Origin: Bacteroidales bacterium
Lineage (GTDB): Bacteria; Bacteroidota; Bacteroidia; Bacteroidales; UBA3663
DNA length: 57,505 bases
Assembly (NCBI GenBank): GCA_004557315.1
Contig: SFEH01000006.1
Coordinates: 1-57,505, forward strand
Reading direction: 5' to 3'
Shown: one piece after another, positions 24,071 to 34,451 of the stretch
Position numbering within the stretch: position 1 is the first letter of the stretch
Layout: each line of letters opens with the position of its first letter
Program-made: the position numbers and the translations under genes
Notes under the pieces: generated by a model
Databases searched by the model: none
The model's input: the letters and a program-made list of their open reading frames with translations, nothing else
Told to the model about the DNA's origin: nothing

Positions 24071-24526
24071 ATGAAGTGGACAATCAAACAGGGAACAGAG
24101 ACTGACATTCAGGACATTGCACAGTTTCAGGTGGATATGGCAGCAGAATCGGAAGGAACGGTTCTGGATCTTGCCACAGTGGTCAAGGGCGTGACGCTCG
24201 CAGTAGCTGACGAAGCGAAAGGACGTTATGTACTTGCAGTGGCTGAGGATGGAAAGGTGGCTGGCAGCCTTATGCTCACACGCGAATGGAGCGACTGGCA
24301 CGCTGAGTGGTACTGGTGGATCCAGAGCGTGTATGTGCGACCGGAATACCGCCGACAAGGAGCTTACAGGGCAATGTACCAATACGTCCGCGAGCTCGCC
24401 AAGCAAAACGACATAGCCTGCCTCCGACTCTATGTGGATCGCGAGAATGAACGTGCACAGAAGACCTATCAGGCGCAAGGCATGCACGAAAGCCACTATC
24501 TGCTCTACGAAGAAGAATTTGTATGA
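24071..24526 (+). CDS. GNAT-family N-acetyltransferase
   Basis: It is 151 aa from MKWTIKQG. The acetyl-CoA motif is VRPEYRRQGAYRAMY. The stop overlaps the next ATG (ATGA at 24523). Confidence 0.85.
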   Translation: MKWTIKQGTETDIQDIAQFQVDMAAESEGTVLDLATVVKGVTLAVADEAKGRYVLAVAEDGKVAGSLMLTREWSDWHAEWYWWIQSVYVRPEYRRQGAYRAMYQYVRELAKQNDIACLRLYVDRENERAQKTYQAQGMHESHYLLYEEEFV

Positions 24527-26343
24527 AACATATACTGCGAAACATCCCTTTGACAGTAGGGTTGCTGCTGATGGCGGCAATCTTCCTGTTCTTCTTTCTT
24601 TGCTATCCCTATCACCTGCATTACTACGAGCAGATGCAGATGTTCCAGTTCTCACAGGACTATTTCCTTGAGACAATCTCTCTGCCAGGAGGCTTTGCCG
24701 ACTATTTTGGGCGATTCGTCACTCAGTTTTTCCACATCTCATGGGCAGGAGCGCTCATCATGACTCTGCTGTTTGGAGGCGTTTATGCTTCGGGGTGGAA
24801 AGCCATCGGACTGAAATGCGAAGGCAATGTGAGGCTTCTGGGCGCTATACTATTGCTGCTGCCTATGCGTTTCCTTTGGGTCAATGCCTGCGACGAGAAT
24901 GCCATGCCTGCACTATATGTGGCTCTGATCCTGTCGTTGCTGGCGACTTGGGGTTTGCGCGGGGCCGGCTCTCACCCACTGCGACACGTACTCACTCTCT
25001 TGCTCTATCCGCTGCTTTACTGGGTGGCAGGACCCTTGGCGATGCTATTCTCGCTGCTTATGGCTGCCCATGACGCACGTCGGGAGAATGGGGTTGGCCG
25101 CATCGTCTATCCTGTGGCTTGGCTGCTGCTCGCGGTCTTCACTCCTGCCATCGCTCATCATTGGGTCAACTGGCCATTGGAGAATCTGTTCTTGGGCTTG
25201 CATTATTTCCGCTTCACATACATCCAGTTGCCATACATCTGGGAGGCAGTGGCTAGCATTCTGCTTATCGACATAATATTCAACTACTTAAAGAACAGAA
25301 AGTCGATGATCGACGACCTTAATCCTTGGGTTGTCTCGGGCAGCATGATGGCATTGATGGTGGTGCTCTGCTGGTTTGGCATAAAGAAAGCCTATCGTCC
25401 GAACAATGAGGTTGCGATGAAATATGACGCAATGGTGCTGGAAGAGCGATGGGACGACATACTGGATGAAGCAAAGATGCGCACGCCAAAGCATCCTGCC
25501 TGCCTGCAATGCATCAATCTCGCCATGGCAATGACAGGACAAATGGGCGACTTGCTGTTCCGCTGCCCACAGCCAGGGACAGACGCCTTGCTGCCACAGT
25601 TCACCATCAACTTCTCACGACCGCTCACAGCCGGACAGATCTACTTCAATTTAGGATGGACCAATACGGCACAGCGCTTTATCTTCGAGGCACAAGAGTC
25701 GATTCCTGACTATCAGAAAAGCGCACGATGCTATAAGCTCCTTGCACAGACACATATCATCAGGGGCGATAAGGCCTTGGCACGCAAATATCTGAAGAAG
25801 CTGCAAAAGACACTCTTCTACGACGATTGGGCGGATGAGCAGATGGCTCTCCTCGCCGATCCTGACCCAAAGACTTTGGCTCACCATCCGCTTTACGGGC
25901 CAATGATGAGGGGCGAGGTGCGCGATGACTATTTCTTCAGCCCCGACATGCTCAACATGCTCGGCAACTACTGTACCACCACTCCTCACAATCGCGTTGC
26001 CACACAATATCTTTTAGCTTTGGCACTCGTGCAACGCAAACTTGAGACTTTCGTCAGCTGCTACAACCTCAGCCAATATCTCGAAGCCGAAAAGCGCGTT
26101 CCCCTCTATTTCCAGCAGGCATTGGCCCTCGACTGGCTGCTGAAGCACAACTCGCTCGATGGCTTACCATACACGATAGATCAGAGAATCGAGGAAGGGC
26201 TAACGCAGTTCATGGCCGACCGCAAGGCGCAACTCCCAGACGCTACGATGCAGAAGAAATACATCTTCACCTACTGGTATCATCACTTCTCGGGCGAAGA
26301 AGAGAAAGTTCCAGAGGAGGCAATCAGCGGTGCCGGACGTTAA
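24523..26343 (+). CDS. polytopic membrane protein with C-terminal helical-repeat domain (DUF6057-like by recollection)
   Basis: It is 606 aa. The N-terminal half has ~9-10 TM helices and the C-terminal half is soluble, alpha-helical and TPR-like (ARKYLKKLQKTLFY). The family assignment is unverified. Confidence 0.6.
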   Translation: MKHILRNIPLTVGLLLMAAIFLFFFLCYPYHLHYYEQMQMFQFSQDYFLETISLPGGFADYFGRFVTQFFHISWAGALIMTLLFGGVYASGWKAIGLKCEGNVRLLGAILLLLPMRFLWVNACDENAMPALYVALILSLLATWGLRGAGSHPLRHVLTLLLYPLLYWVAGPLAMLFSLLMAAHDARRENGVGRIVYPVAWLLLAVFTPAIAHHWVNWPLENLFLGLHYFRFTYIQLPYIWEAVASILLIDIIFNYLKNRKSMIDDLNPWVVSGSMMALMVVLCWFGIKKAYRPNNEVAMKYDAMVLEERWDDILDEAKMRTPKHPACLQCINLAMAMTGQMGDLLFRCPQPGTDALLPQFTINFSRPLTAGQIYFNLGWTNTAQRFIFEAQESIPDYQKSARCYKLLAQTHIIRGDKALARKYLKKLQKTLFYDDWADEQMALLADPDPKTLAHHPLYGPMMRGEVRDDYFFSPDMLNMLGNYCTTTPHNRVATQYLLALALVQRKLETFVSCYNLSQYLEAEKRVPLYFQQALALDWLLKHNSLDGLPYTIDQRIEEGLTQFMADRKAQLPDATMQKKYIFTYWYHHFSGEEEKVPEEAISGAGR

Positions 26344-26386
26344 GTCAAAATAATATCAGCAACATTGACAAATAACGATTTTTGAT

Positions 26387-27868
26387 ATGAGACACCATAT
26401 ACATACTATATATATTGCGGCCGTTGCATTGTTTTCAGCTTGCGGAATGCAGAAGGTCACCGATGCAGAGATGGTCTATAGCAAGCCCGAAATCTATCCT
26501 GACTATGTCGGCGTGACAATACCAGCCAATATTGCTCCGCTCAATTTCACGATGCAGAATGACAGCGCACTGATGGTCGATGCCGTGTTTACAGGCACAA
26601 AAGGCGGTGAATTGCACGCACAGGGAGAGGCATCTACATCGATCGACCCCGACAAGTGGCAAGCTCTGCTGAAGCAGAATGTGGGCGGGAGTCTGTTCGT
26701 GCAGGTCAGTGCCAGATTTGCTGACGGATGGCGTACCTACACTCCTTTCGGCATTGACATCAGCACCGACAGCATTGACTATGGCATCACTTACCGACTC
26801 ATAGAGCCTGGTTATGAGGCATATACAAAGATGGGCATCTATGAGACCTGTCTGCAGGACAGCCGTGAGAGGGCAATCATTGAGAACACTCAAGTGAGGG
26901 GCTGTGTCAACTGCCACAGCTTCAATCAGGGCAATACGAGCTTCATGTCGCTGCATGTGAGAGGCGACCATGGTGCCACACTCATCCAGCTTCCAGGTCA
27001 TGAGCTCACGGCATTCGACACAAAGACCCCAGAGACTTTGGCAAGCTGCGTCTATCCTTACTGGCATCCATCAGGCAGGTTCATTGCCTATAGCACCAAC
27101 AACACTCGCCAGGGATTCCATGCAGGAGGAAAAAAGATCATCGAAGTGCTGGATCTTGCCAGCGACATGCAGGTCTATGACATCGAGCGCAACGTGCTGA
27201 TTGTACCTGAAGTACTGAAAGGCGACTCGGCTTACGAGACCTTCCCTTCCTTCTCACCCGATGGCAAATGGCTCTATTACTGTGTAGCACATCCGAAGGA
27301 ATACCCTTCGCAGGTCAAGGAGATGTACTACAATCTGTGCCGCATTGCCTTCGACGAAGCGACAGGCACATTCGGACAGAAGATTGACACATTGGTCAAC
27401 GCCGAGGCAATGAACAAGAGCGTTGCCTACCCTCGACCATCATACGACGGCCAATATCTCTGCTATTCGCTTGCCGACTACGGCTATTTCCACATCTGGC
27501 ATCAGGAGTCGGAGCTTTATCTACTTGATTTACCGACAGGAGAGAGCCTTCCAATGACATTAGCGAACAGCCAGGATGCCGAAAGCGTTCATTCTTGGAG
27601 CACCAATAGCCGATGGATAGTGTTTGCCTCACGTCGCGATGACGGGCAGTTCACGCGCCCTTACTTCTGCCATGTCTCGGCAGATGGAGAGGTGGCAAAG
27701 GCGTTCATGCTTCCACAGGAAAGCCCGAAGACATTCTATGACAACAGGTTCATGTCGTACAATATTCCAGAGTTCGTGACTTCGCCAGTTCAGATTGACG
27801 GCAAGAAAGCCGAGGAGCTGTTGCTCAAATCTGAACGCAAACCGATGCGGGCAAGACTGACAAAATGA
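26387..27868 (+). CDS. lipoprotein with a single CXXCH motif and TolB/PD40-like beta-propeller repeats
   Basis: The lipobox is ALFSAC. CVNCH lies in RGCVNCHSF. PD40-like repeats include FSPDGKWLYY and WSTNSRWIVFASRRDDG. Confidence 0.65.
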   Translation: MRHHIHTIYIAAVALFSACGMQKVTDAEMVYSKPEIYPDYVGVTIPANIAPLNFTMQNDSALMVDAVFTGTKGGELHAQGEASTSIDPDKWQALLKQNVGGSLFVQVSARFADGWRTYTPFGIDISTDSIDYGITYRLIEPGYEAYTKMGIYETCLQDSRERAIIENTQVRGCVNCHSFNQGNTSFMSLHVRGDHGATLIQLPGHELTAFDTKTPETLASCVYPYWHPSGRFIAYSTNNTRQGFHAGGKKIIEVLDLASDMQVYDIERNVLIVPEVLKGDSAYETFPSFSPDGKWLYYCVAHPKEYPSQVKEMYYNLCRIAFDEATGTFGQKIDTLVNAEAMNKSVAYPRPSYDGQYLCYSLADYGYFHIWHQESELYLLDLPTGESLPMTLANSQDAESVHSWSTNSRWIVFASRRDDGQFTRPYFCHVSADGEVAKAFMLPQESPKTFYDNRFMSYNIPEFVTSPVQIDGKKAEELLLKSERKPMRARLTK

Positions 27869-27972
27869 TAAAGATATTGTATTTGTATAGTATATTATTG
27901 CAATAATAGGAAAAAAGAGCAAAAAAAATAGCATTTTTAGCAAAAAAAATATCAAGATTAGAAAAGAATTTA

Positions 27973-27980
27973 TAAATTTG
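27973..27980 (+). promoter_or_regulatory. TAnnTTTG box (TAAATTTG) upstream of the PUL
   Basis: It lies 94 nt upstream of the ATG at 28074 in an AT-rich gap. Confidence 0.4.
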
Positions 27981-28073
27981 CGCTCGATTAACAGTGTCAA
28001 AGCACTTATCAATTGAAAATTCAAAAAAGGTACATATATAAACATCATTTATCAACATTAACAAACTAATCTT

Positions 28074-29648
28074 ATGAAATTATCCAAAACCCTTCTGATG
28101 ATGGGGCTCTTTACTGCCGCATCTTGCAGTTTCTGGGCATGTGATGACGACGATGATTGGGGTAAGGTCGATGGCGCAGCGCCAGTGGTTAACCTTACAA
28201 CCGAGCATGTCAAGTCGGCTGTCGGCCGAACCTTCGCTATCACCGGAAACATCGAAGACAATGATGGCATTTCTACAATCAAGCTTTATTGTCCAGACCT
28301 TTACCTGAACAAGACCATTGACATCATTGACATCTATGATGAGCCAAAGAAGTCTTATTCATTGAACTACTCTTTCCCTATCTCAAAAGAAGAGAAAGGC
28401 GACAATTTCCAGCTTACAGTTACTGTAACTGACATCTGCGGTCAGGAAGTGAGCAAGACAGTTCTCCTGACAATGGACGGCGACTTTGAGCTCCCTTCAT
28501 TCACCTCTGCTCCAAGCGAAGAGGTAACAATCATCATGAAGTCGCGCACTTCTTACAACCTCAACATCACCGTTTCTGACGATCAGGGGCTCGACTACAT
28601 CACTGTCCAGATTCCTGGACACGAGGATCTGGGAGAGACGAAGACTATCCAGTGCAATGGTGGCAAGAAATTCGAATACAGCGAGAAGATACTCTTCCCA
28701 AATGTCGAGACAAGCTATCAGCTTCTCCTTAGCGTAGTAGATAAGGAAGGCAAGAAGACAGAGAAGAAGAGCAACATCGTCATCTCAAGCAAGGTGCCTG
28801 ACTATCCGAACCTCTGGCTTGCCGACGTAGCTACTTCAGCAGAGCTCAATGCCGACATCTTTGGCGTTCCTGAGTATGTTGGTCACGCTTACGATGCCGA
28901 CGGCAATCCAATCCCATTCACCTACGAGGCTCGCTACTACAACCAGAAGGCTGGCACAAAGGTTAAGTTCCTCGGCCAGAAGAACGACTTCAGCCCTGTA
29001 TGCTATGGCGTTGACGCAGCAGATACCAACCTCCTCAGCGATGACGAAGAGACAATGAAGGACATTGTCCTCAACGAGGCAGGTGTTTACTACAAGCTCA
29101 CATTCAACATCAAGAACTACGAGCTCCAGACAGAGACTTACCCTGTTTCTGAGGCTATTGCTGCATTCCGCACCGACCTTTACGGTCAGGATGCCTTCGA
29201 CGTTTGGGGCGATGGCGGCTCATGGCTTTATAAGTTCACACTCGGTTACCTCAGCGGAGGACCAGCCGACGTTATCAGTTTCGCACAGGATTCCAACAAC
29301 CCTAACCTCTTCTATCTTGAGGAGCCTCTGACATTCGATGCTGAGAACAATACAAGACACGACAGCGACAAGGACATCTACACAACCAACTTCATGATTC
29401 ACAACTTCCATCCTGGAGGCTGGTGGGATGTTGTCTGCTACAAGCCAAGCAAGAACGACGATCCTGAGTTCTGGCCTTGGTGGGGTAACAACTCACAGCT
29501 TACTACCGACGGATGGCATGAGTGGCCAGGCTACAGTGGCACTCCAAACGACTGGTGTAAGGTTCCTCTCGCACCAAGCCAGTTCGGTGACTATAAGCTT
29601 ATCTTCGATGCTCACCTCGAGCGCGCTAAGCTTGTTCCTGTTAAGTAA
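28074..29648 (+). CDS. PUL-associated surface lipoprotein (SusE/F-like candidate glycan-binding protein)
   Basis: It is 524 aa. The lipobox is TAASC and an acidic linker (DDDDDW) follows. Repeated Ig-like beta modules are present. It lies 24 nt upstream of susC. No family recognised. Confidence 0.6.
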   Translation: MKLSKTLLMMGLFTAASCSFWACDDDDDWGKVDGAAPVVNLTTEHVKSAVGRTFAITGNIEDNDGISTIKLYCPDLYLNKTIDIIDIYDEPKKSYSLNYSFPISKEEKGDNFQLTVTVTDICGQEVSKTVLLTMDGDFELPSFTSAPSEEVTIIMKSRTSYNLNITVSDDQGLDYITVQIPGHEDLGETKTIQCNGGKKFEYSEKILFPNVETSYQLLLSVVDKEGKKTEKKSNIVISSKVPDYPNLWLADVATSAELNADIFGVPEYVGHAYDADGNPIPFTYEARYYNQKAGTKVKFLGQKNDFSPVCYGVDAADTNLLSDDEETMKDIVLNEAGVYYKLTFNIKNYELQTETYPVSEAIAAFRTDLYGQDAFDVWGDGGSWLYKFTLGYLSGGPADVISFAQDSNNPNLFYLEEPLTFDAENNTRHDSDKDIYTTNFMIHNFHPGGWWDVVCYKPSKNDDPEFWPWWGNNSQLTTDGWHEWPGYSGTPNDWCKVPLAPSQFGDYKLIFDAHLERAKLVPVK

Positions 29649-29671
29649 ACCATCAAACAGAAAACACAGTT

Positions 29672-32600
29672 ATGAAAAAATATTTGTTAATGCTCTGTCT
29701 GGCACTCATCAGCGTAGTGGCTTACGGACAGAGAACTGTTACCGGTACGGTCGTTGACAACTTCGACGAGCCAGTGACAGGTTGTAATGTAGTGGTAAAG
29801 GGTACTACTCGCGGTGTCACTACCGACATCGACGGCAACTACTCTATCAGCGTTTCGCCTAACGAAGTGCTTGTATTCTCATTCATCGGCTATACTTCTC
29901 AGGAGCATACCGTAGGAAACAAGGCAACTATCAACGTGCGTCTTGAAGAAGACAACCAGATGCTCGACGACGTCGTAGTCGTAGGTTACGGTGTAGTAAA
30001 GAAGTCTGACCTTACATCTTCAATCTCTACCATCAAGGGTTCGGAGATCGTTAAGAGCGTGACAGGCAATGCAATGAACGCCCTTCAGGGTAAGGTCAAT
30101 GGTGTGCAGGTTGCTTCGGCTGGTTCGCCTGGTGCTGCTCCAAAGATCCTCGTTCGTGGTGTCACTACCGTCAATGGTTCTGACCCTCTCTACGTTGTCG
30201 ATGGTATGCCAATCTCGGGCAACATCAACTTCCTCAACAACAACGATATCGAGTCGATGGAAGTGCTCAAGGATGCTTCGGCTGCCGCTATCTACGGTAC
30301 TCGTGGTTCGAATGGTGTCATCCTGATCACTACCAAGAAGGGTAAGGCAGGTACAGCCAAGTTCAACTTCTCTGCTTCTGTAGGTCTCCAGACAATCGAG
30401 GATCCAAAGATGGCAAATGCTGAAGAGTATGAGAAGGTCTATAAGGCTCGCTACACCAACGATGGACGTGAGTCAGGATTCGTGTCAAGCACACACGACA
30501 CTGACTGGTGGAATGAGGTTGTCAACAAGACTGCCCTCGTACACAACTACCAGCTCTCGGCCAACGGAGGCAATGACAAGTTCCTCTACAACATCTCTGG
30601 TGGCTACTTCCGTCAGGAGTCACAGTATGACTATGGCTATTATGACAAGATCAATATCCGCATCAACACCGAATACACATTCAACAAGTATGTGAAGATG
30701 GGTCTTGACATTGCTCCAAAGCTTGAGTCTTGGGACAATACTCCTAACCAGATGAGCGGTGCAATGAGCATGGATCCTACGACTCCAGTCTTCAAGGACA
30801 AGGAGCTCTGGGGCGACAACATGTACAGCAACTATGAGCGTTCACACAACAACGAGTGCTGGAACCCAGTGGCTGCTGTGGCTCGTGCCAACGACCACGC
30901 TCGCAACTATGGTGTGATTGTCAATCCTTATCTCCAAATCCAGCCTATCAAGCAGTTGACTCTCCGCACTCAGTTCAGTGCCAATGCACGTTTTGAGCGC
31001 AGCGACTCATTTACGCCTCAATACACTATCGACTCTGCTCACGAGTTCAACGAGTTCTCGGACGTGAGCCGCACAATGAACGAGTGGTTCGACTACAACT
31101 GGACCAACACAGCTACCTACATCGACACATTTGCCGATGTTCACAACGTGACTCTCATGGCAGGTTTCACAATGGAGCGCTACTCAAACTTCTGGGTTAA
31201 CGGCTATCGTGAGAACACTCCTAACGACTCTAAGCCTCTCCAGCAGGTAAGTGCAGGTCAGCAGAACCAGCAGTCAAGCGGTAACACATCTTACAACTCG
31301 CTCGTTTCATGGCTCGGTCGTTTGATGTACAACTACGACAACCGCTACTATCTCACAGCTACAATCCGTACCGATGGTTCAAGCCGCTTCCCTGATGGCT
31401 CAAAGTATGCTACCTTCCCTTCTGCATCTGCAGCTTGGAACTTCAGCCGCGAGGCATTCATCAAGGACCACATCGACTGGCTCGACAATGGTAAGCTCCG
31501 TTTCGGTTGGGGTCGCGTGGGTAACCAGCAGATCTCAAACAGCGCTACTATGACGCTCATGGGTGCTGCTGACTATGTATTGAATGGCGACCGCGTGCTC
31601 GGTACAACAGTTTCGAGCGTAGGTAACACTTCGCTCAAGTGGGAGACTGTAGAAGACTTCAACATCGGACTTGACCTCTCGTTCCTCAACAGCCGACTCG
31701 ACGTTACAGCCGACATCTTCAAGAAGACCTCACACGACATGCTCTATGAGCGCGATAACCTCCTCGTATTGGGTTATCCATCATGGAACTCACGCATCTG
31801 GATGAACATCGGTTCAATGGAGGCTAAGGGTTGGGAATTTTCGGCTAACTGGCACGATGCCGTTGGCGACTTCACATATAGCGCAGGTGTCAACCTCTCA
31901 AGCGTTGCCAACAAGGCCAAGAAGTTCGCAGGCGATGGCGGTTATGTCTATACTGGTTCAAACCTCGGTGTTGACGGATCAATCATCCGCAACGAGGAAG
32001 GCGCACGCATCTCTCGCTTTTACGGCTATCAGACCGACGGTATCTTCCAGAACTGGGAAGAAGTTTATGCCCACACCGACGAGTTCGGTAACCGCATCCA
32101 GCCTTCTGCTCAGCCTGGTGACATCCGTTTCGTCGATCGCAACAAGGATGGCAAGCTCAATGAGGATGACCGCACATACATAGGTGACCCATATCCAGCA
32201 TTGATGATGGGTATCAACCTCTCACTCGGCTGGAAGAACTGGGATCTTGCCATGAACCTCTACGGCACATTCGGCAACGACATCTTCAACCTCAACAAGC
32301 AGCGTTACAGCGGTCTTGGCGGACAGAACGTCTTTGCAGGCAGCTACGACAAGGCATGGAACGGTGAGGGCTCAACCAACGAGATTCCACGTCTCTCAGT
32401 GAGCGACACTAACCTCAACTACCAGCGCGTCAGCGACTTCTTCGTAGAAGATGGCTCATACATGCGTTGCAAGAACCTCCAGATTGGCTACACATTGCCA
32501 AAGCAGGGATTCTTCAAGGATCACAACCTCCGTGTCTATCTCTCTGCACAGAACCTCTTCACTATCACCAACTACAGTGGTATGGACCCAGAGCGTCCTG

Positions 32601-32692
32601 CATACGACGGTAGCGTAATCGAAACCGGCATCGACCGCACAGCTTACCCTTCACCTCGTACCTTCCTCTTCGGTCTTGACTTCAACTTCTAA
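29672..32692 (+). CDS. susC: SusC/RagA-family TonB-dependent outer-membrane transporter
   Basis: It is 1006 aa. The N-terminal carboxypeptidase-regulatory-like domain reads TVTGTVVD...DIDGNYSI. A plug and a 22-strand barrel follow, ending in the C-terminal F. Confidence 0.95.
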   Translation: MKKYLLMLCLALISVVAYGQRTVTGTVVDNFDEPVTGCNVVVKGTTRGVTTDIDGNYSISVSPNEVLVFSFIGYTSQEHTVGNKATINVRLEEDNQMLDDVVVVGYGVVKKSDLTSSISTIKGSEIVKSVTGNAMNALQGKVNGVQVASAGSPGAAPKILVRGVTTVNGSDPLYVVDGMPISGNINFLNNNDIESMEVLKDASAAAIYGTRGSNGVILITTKKGKAGTAKFNFSASVGLQTIEDPKMANAEEYEKVYKARYTNDGRESGFVSSTHDTDWWNEVVNKTALVHNYQLSANGGNDKFLYNISGGYFRQESQYDYGYYDKINIRINTEYTFNKYVKMGLDIAPKLESWDNTPNQMSGAMSMDPTTPVFKDKELWGDNMYSNYERSHNNECWNPVAAVARANDHARNYGVIVNPYLQIQPIKQLTLRTQFSANARFERSDSFTPQYTIDSAHEFNEFSDVSRTMNEWFDYNWTNTATYIDTFADVHNVTLMAGFTMERYSNFWVNGYRENTPNDSKPLQQVSAGQQNQQSSGNTSYNSLVSWLGRLMYNYDNRYYLTATIRTDGSSRFPDGSKYATFPSASAAWNFSREAFIKDHIDWLDNGKLRFGWGRVGNQQISNSATMTLMGAADYVLNGDRVLGTTVSSVGNTSLKWETVEDFNIGLDLSFLNSRLDVTADIFKKTSHDMLYERDNLLVLGYPSWNSRIWMNIGSMEAKGWEFSANWHDAVGDFTYSAGVNLSSVANKAKKFAGDGGYVYTGSNLGVDGSIIRNEEGARISRFYGYQTDGIFQNWEEVYAHTDEFGNRIQPSAQPGDIRFVDRNKDGKLNEDDRTYIGDPYPALMMGINLSLGWKNWDLAMNLYGTFGNDIFNLNKQRYSGLGGQNVFAGSYDKAWNGEGSTNEIPRLSVSDTNLNYQRVSDFFVEDGSYMRCKNLQIGYTLPKQGFFKDHNLRVYLSAQNLFTITNYSGMDPERPAYDGSVIETGIDRTAYPSPRTFLFGLDFNF

Positions 32693-32709
32693 GCATCATC
32701 TTGTATAAT

Positions 32710-34359
32710 ATGAAAAAGACAATATTATATCTCGCGTCCCTCTTTGCCGTTGCAGGTGGTACCATTGCATGCGATGACTTCCTCAACGAGCCAGTGAACG
32801 GACAGCAGTCGCTCGACTCATACTTCGTAACCGAGGACGAGGCTGCATCTTATCTTAACGGCTGTTACAACGCCCTCACATTCTATGGCTGGTGGCAGGT
32901 TCAGAACTTCTGGATCATGACCGACATGTGCTCAGACGATATGTGGATGGGTAATCTTGCTCAGAGTCAAAGCGATTACATCTCTTTGGCTCACTATCAG
33001 GGTGTCGGTCAGAGCAACGGCCCTCTCAACAACTACTGGATGCACCGCTATAAGGGCATTCTCTCTTGCAACGTAGCTATCAACCGCATCCCTAATGCAC
33101 ATTTCCAGGATCAGTCAAAGCAGCAGCGTTTCATCGGTGAGGCAAAGTTCCTCCGTGCATACTACTATTTTGAACTCGTCAAGAACTTTGGTGGCGTGCC
33201 TATCGTCGATGACTTCAAGATGCCAGACGAAGTAGCAGGCATCGAACGTGCTTCGGCAGAAGAAGTGTGGGCTCTCGTCGAGAAGGACTTCAAGGAGGCT
33301 GCAGAGGTGCTCCCTGTATCTTACAGCTCTGAGGTGGGTCGCGCTACCAAGTATGCGGCTCTCTCATTCCTTGGCAAGGCTCTCGTTTACCAGGGCAAGT
33401 GGGAAGAGGCTGCAAAGGTGCTCAATGAGGTAATCAACTCTGGCACATACGCATTGATGGAAGACTTCGGTGATGTATGGAGCGTTGACACTAATAATAA
33501 TAAGGAGTCAATCTTCGAGATGCAGACCAAGTTCGACGAGACTTATGCTCTCGGCAATGCGCTCTCTGTGGTCAGCGCCAACCGTACTGAGGTCAACGAC
33601 GGCTGGGCTTGGGGTCTGCCTACAAGCGACCTTGAGAAGGCATTCATCGATGAAGGCGACTACGAGCGTCTGAAGTGGACCATCATCAAGAATGGCGCTA
33701 CTGAGATTGCTGGTGAGCCAGACTTCGATGAGCTCGTTGCCAAGCAGTATGAGGCACAGAGCTCTCAGCACAAGGACATGGTCGAGGGAACTTACTACAT
33801 TTCTCCTGACGTTCACAAGTCTGCCCGTGTCAGCCGCAAGCTCTATATCCCATTCAAGAAGCGTCCAAGCAAGTGGAGCCAGGACTTCATTCCTCTCAAC
33901 ATCCGTCTGCTCCGCTATGCCGATGTCCTCCTTCTCGCTGCTGAGGCAGAAGCAGAACTTGGCAAGAGCGCAGAGGCTTGCAACCACCTCAACCAGGTGC
34001 GCGAGCGCGTTCACCGCGAAGCTGTCAACCTTTCTGGCAACATGCTGAAGCAGGCAATCCGCACAGAGCGTCGTCTTGAGCTGGCTCTTGAGTACAACCG
34101 CCTCTACGACATCCGTCGTTGGGAGAGTCTTGAGCATCCAGGCCATAAGGTAATTGCCGACATTCTCGGTCCTTCAGGTTCATTTGTAGTTCGCAACACT
34201 AACCCTGCAACTGCCGATCCTTACGAGTATGCAGCAACCAAGGAGCCAAGCGACAAGGGCAAGGGCTTTGACGAATCACGTGACCTTGTGTTCCCTATTC
34301 CTCTATACGAGATCGAGCACTCTAACGGCACTATCGTCCAGAATCCAGGGTGGAACTAA
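32710..34359 (+). CDS. susD: SusD/RagB-family glycan-binding lipoprotein
   Basis: The lipobox is GGTIAC. It has the SusD-like TPR scaffold (FLRAYYYFELVKNFGGVP). It lies immediately downstream of susC. Confidence 0.95.
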   Translation: MKKTILYLASLFAVAGGTIACDDFLNEPVNGQQSLDSYFVTEDEAASYLNGCYNALTFYGWWQVQNFWIMTDMCSDDMWMGNLAQSQSDYISLAHYQGVGQSNGPLNNYWMHRYKGILSCNVAINRIPNAHFQDQSKQQRFIGEAKFLRAYYYFELVKNFGGVPIVDDFKMPDEVAGIERASAEEVWALVEKDFKEAAEVLPVSYSSEVGRATKYAALSFLGKALVYQGKWEEAAKVLNEVINSGTYALMEDFGDVWSVDTNNNKESIFEMQTKFDETYALGNALSVVSANRTEVNDGWAWGLPTSDLEKAFIDEGDYERLKWTIIKNGATEIAGEPDFDELVAKQYEAQSSQHKDMVEGTYYISPDVHKSARVSRKLYIPFKKRPSKWSQDFIPLNIRLLRYADVLLLAAEAEAELGKSAEACNHLNQVRERVHREAVNLSGNMLKQAIRTERRLELALEYNRLYDIRRWESLEHPGHKVIADILGPSGSFVVRNTNPATADPYEYAATKEPSDKGKGFDESRDLVFPIPLYEIEHSNGTIVQNPGWN

Positions 34360-34374
34360 TCTGATGACATAATA

Positions 34375-34412
34375 ATGAGCCAGAAGGAGGATTATCTTTC
34401 TGGCTCATTTGC
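34375..34412 (+). terminator. hairpin terminator after susD
   Basis: An 11-bp perfect stem pairs ATGAGCCAGAA (34375-34385) with TTCTGGCTCAT (34398-34408). A weak T tract follows. Confidence 0.5.
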
Positions 34413-34451
34413 TTAATCTATCTCCTATCTTCTTTTTTTCAATCAAATACG

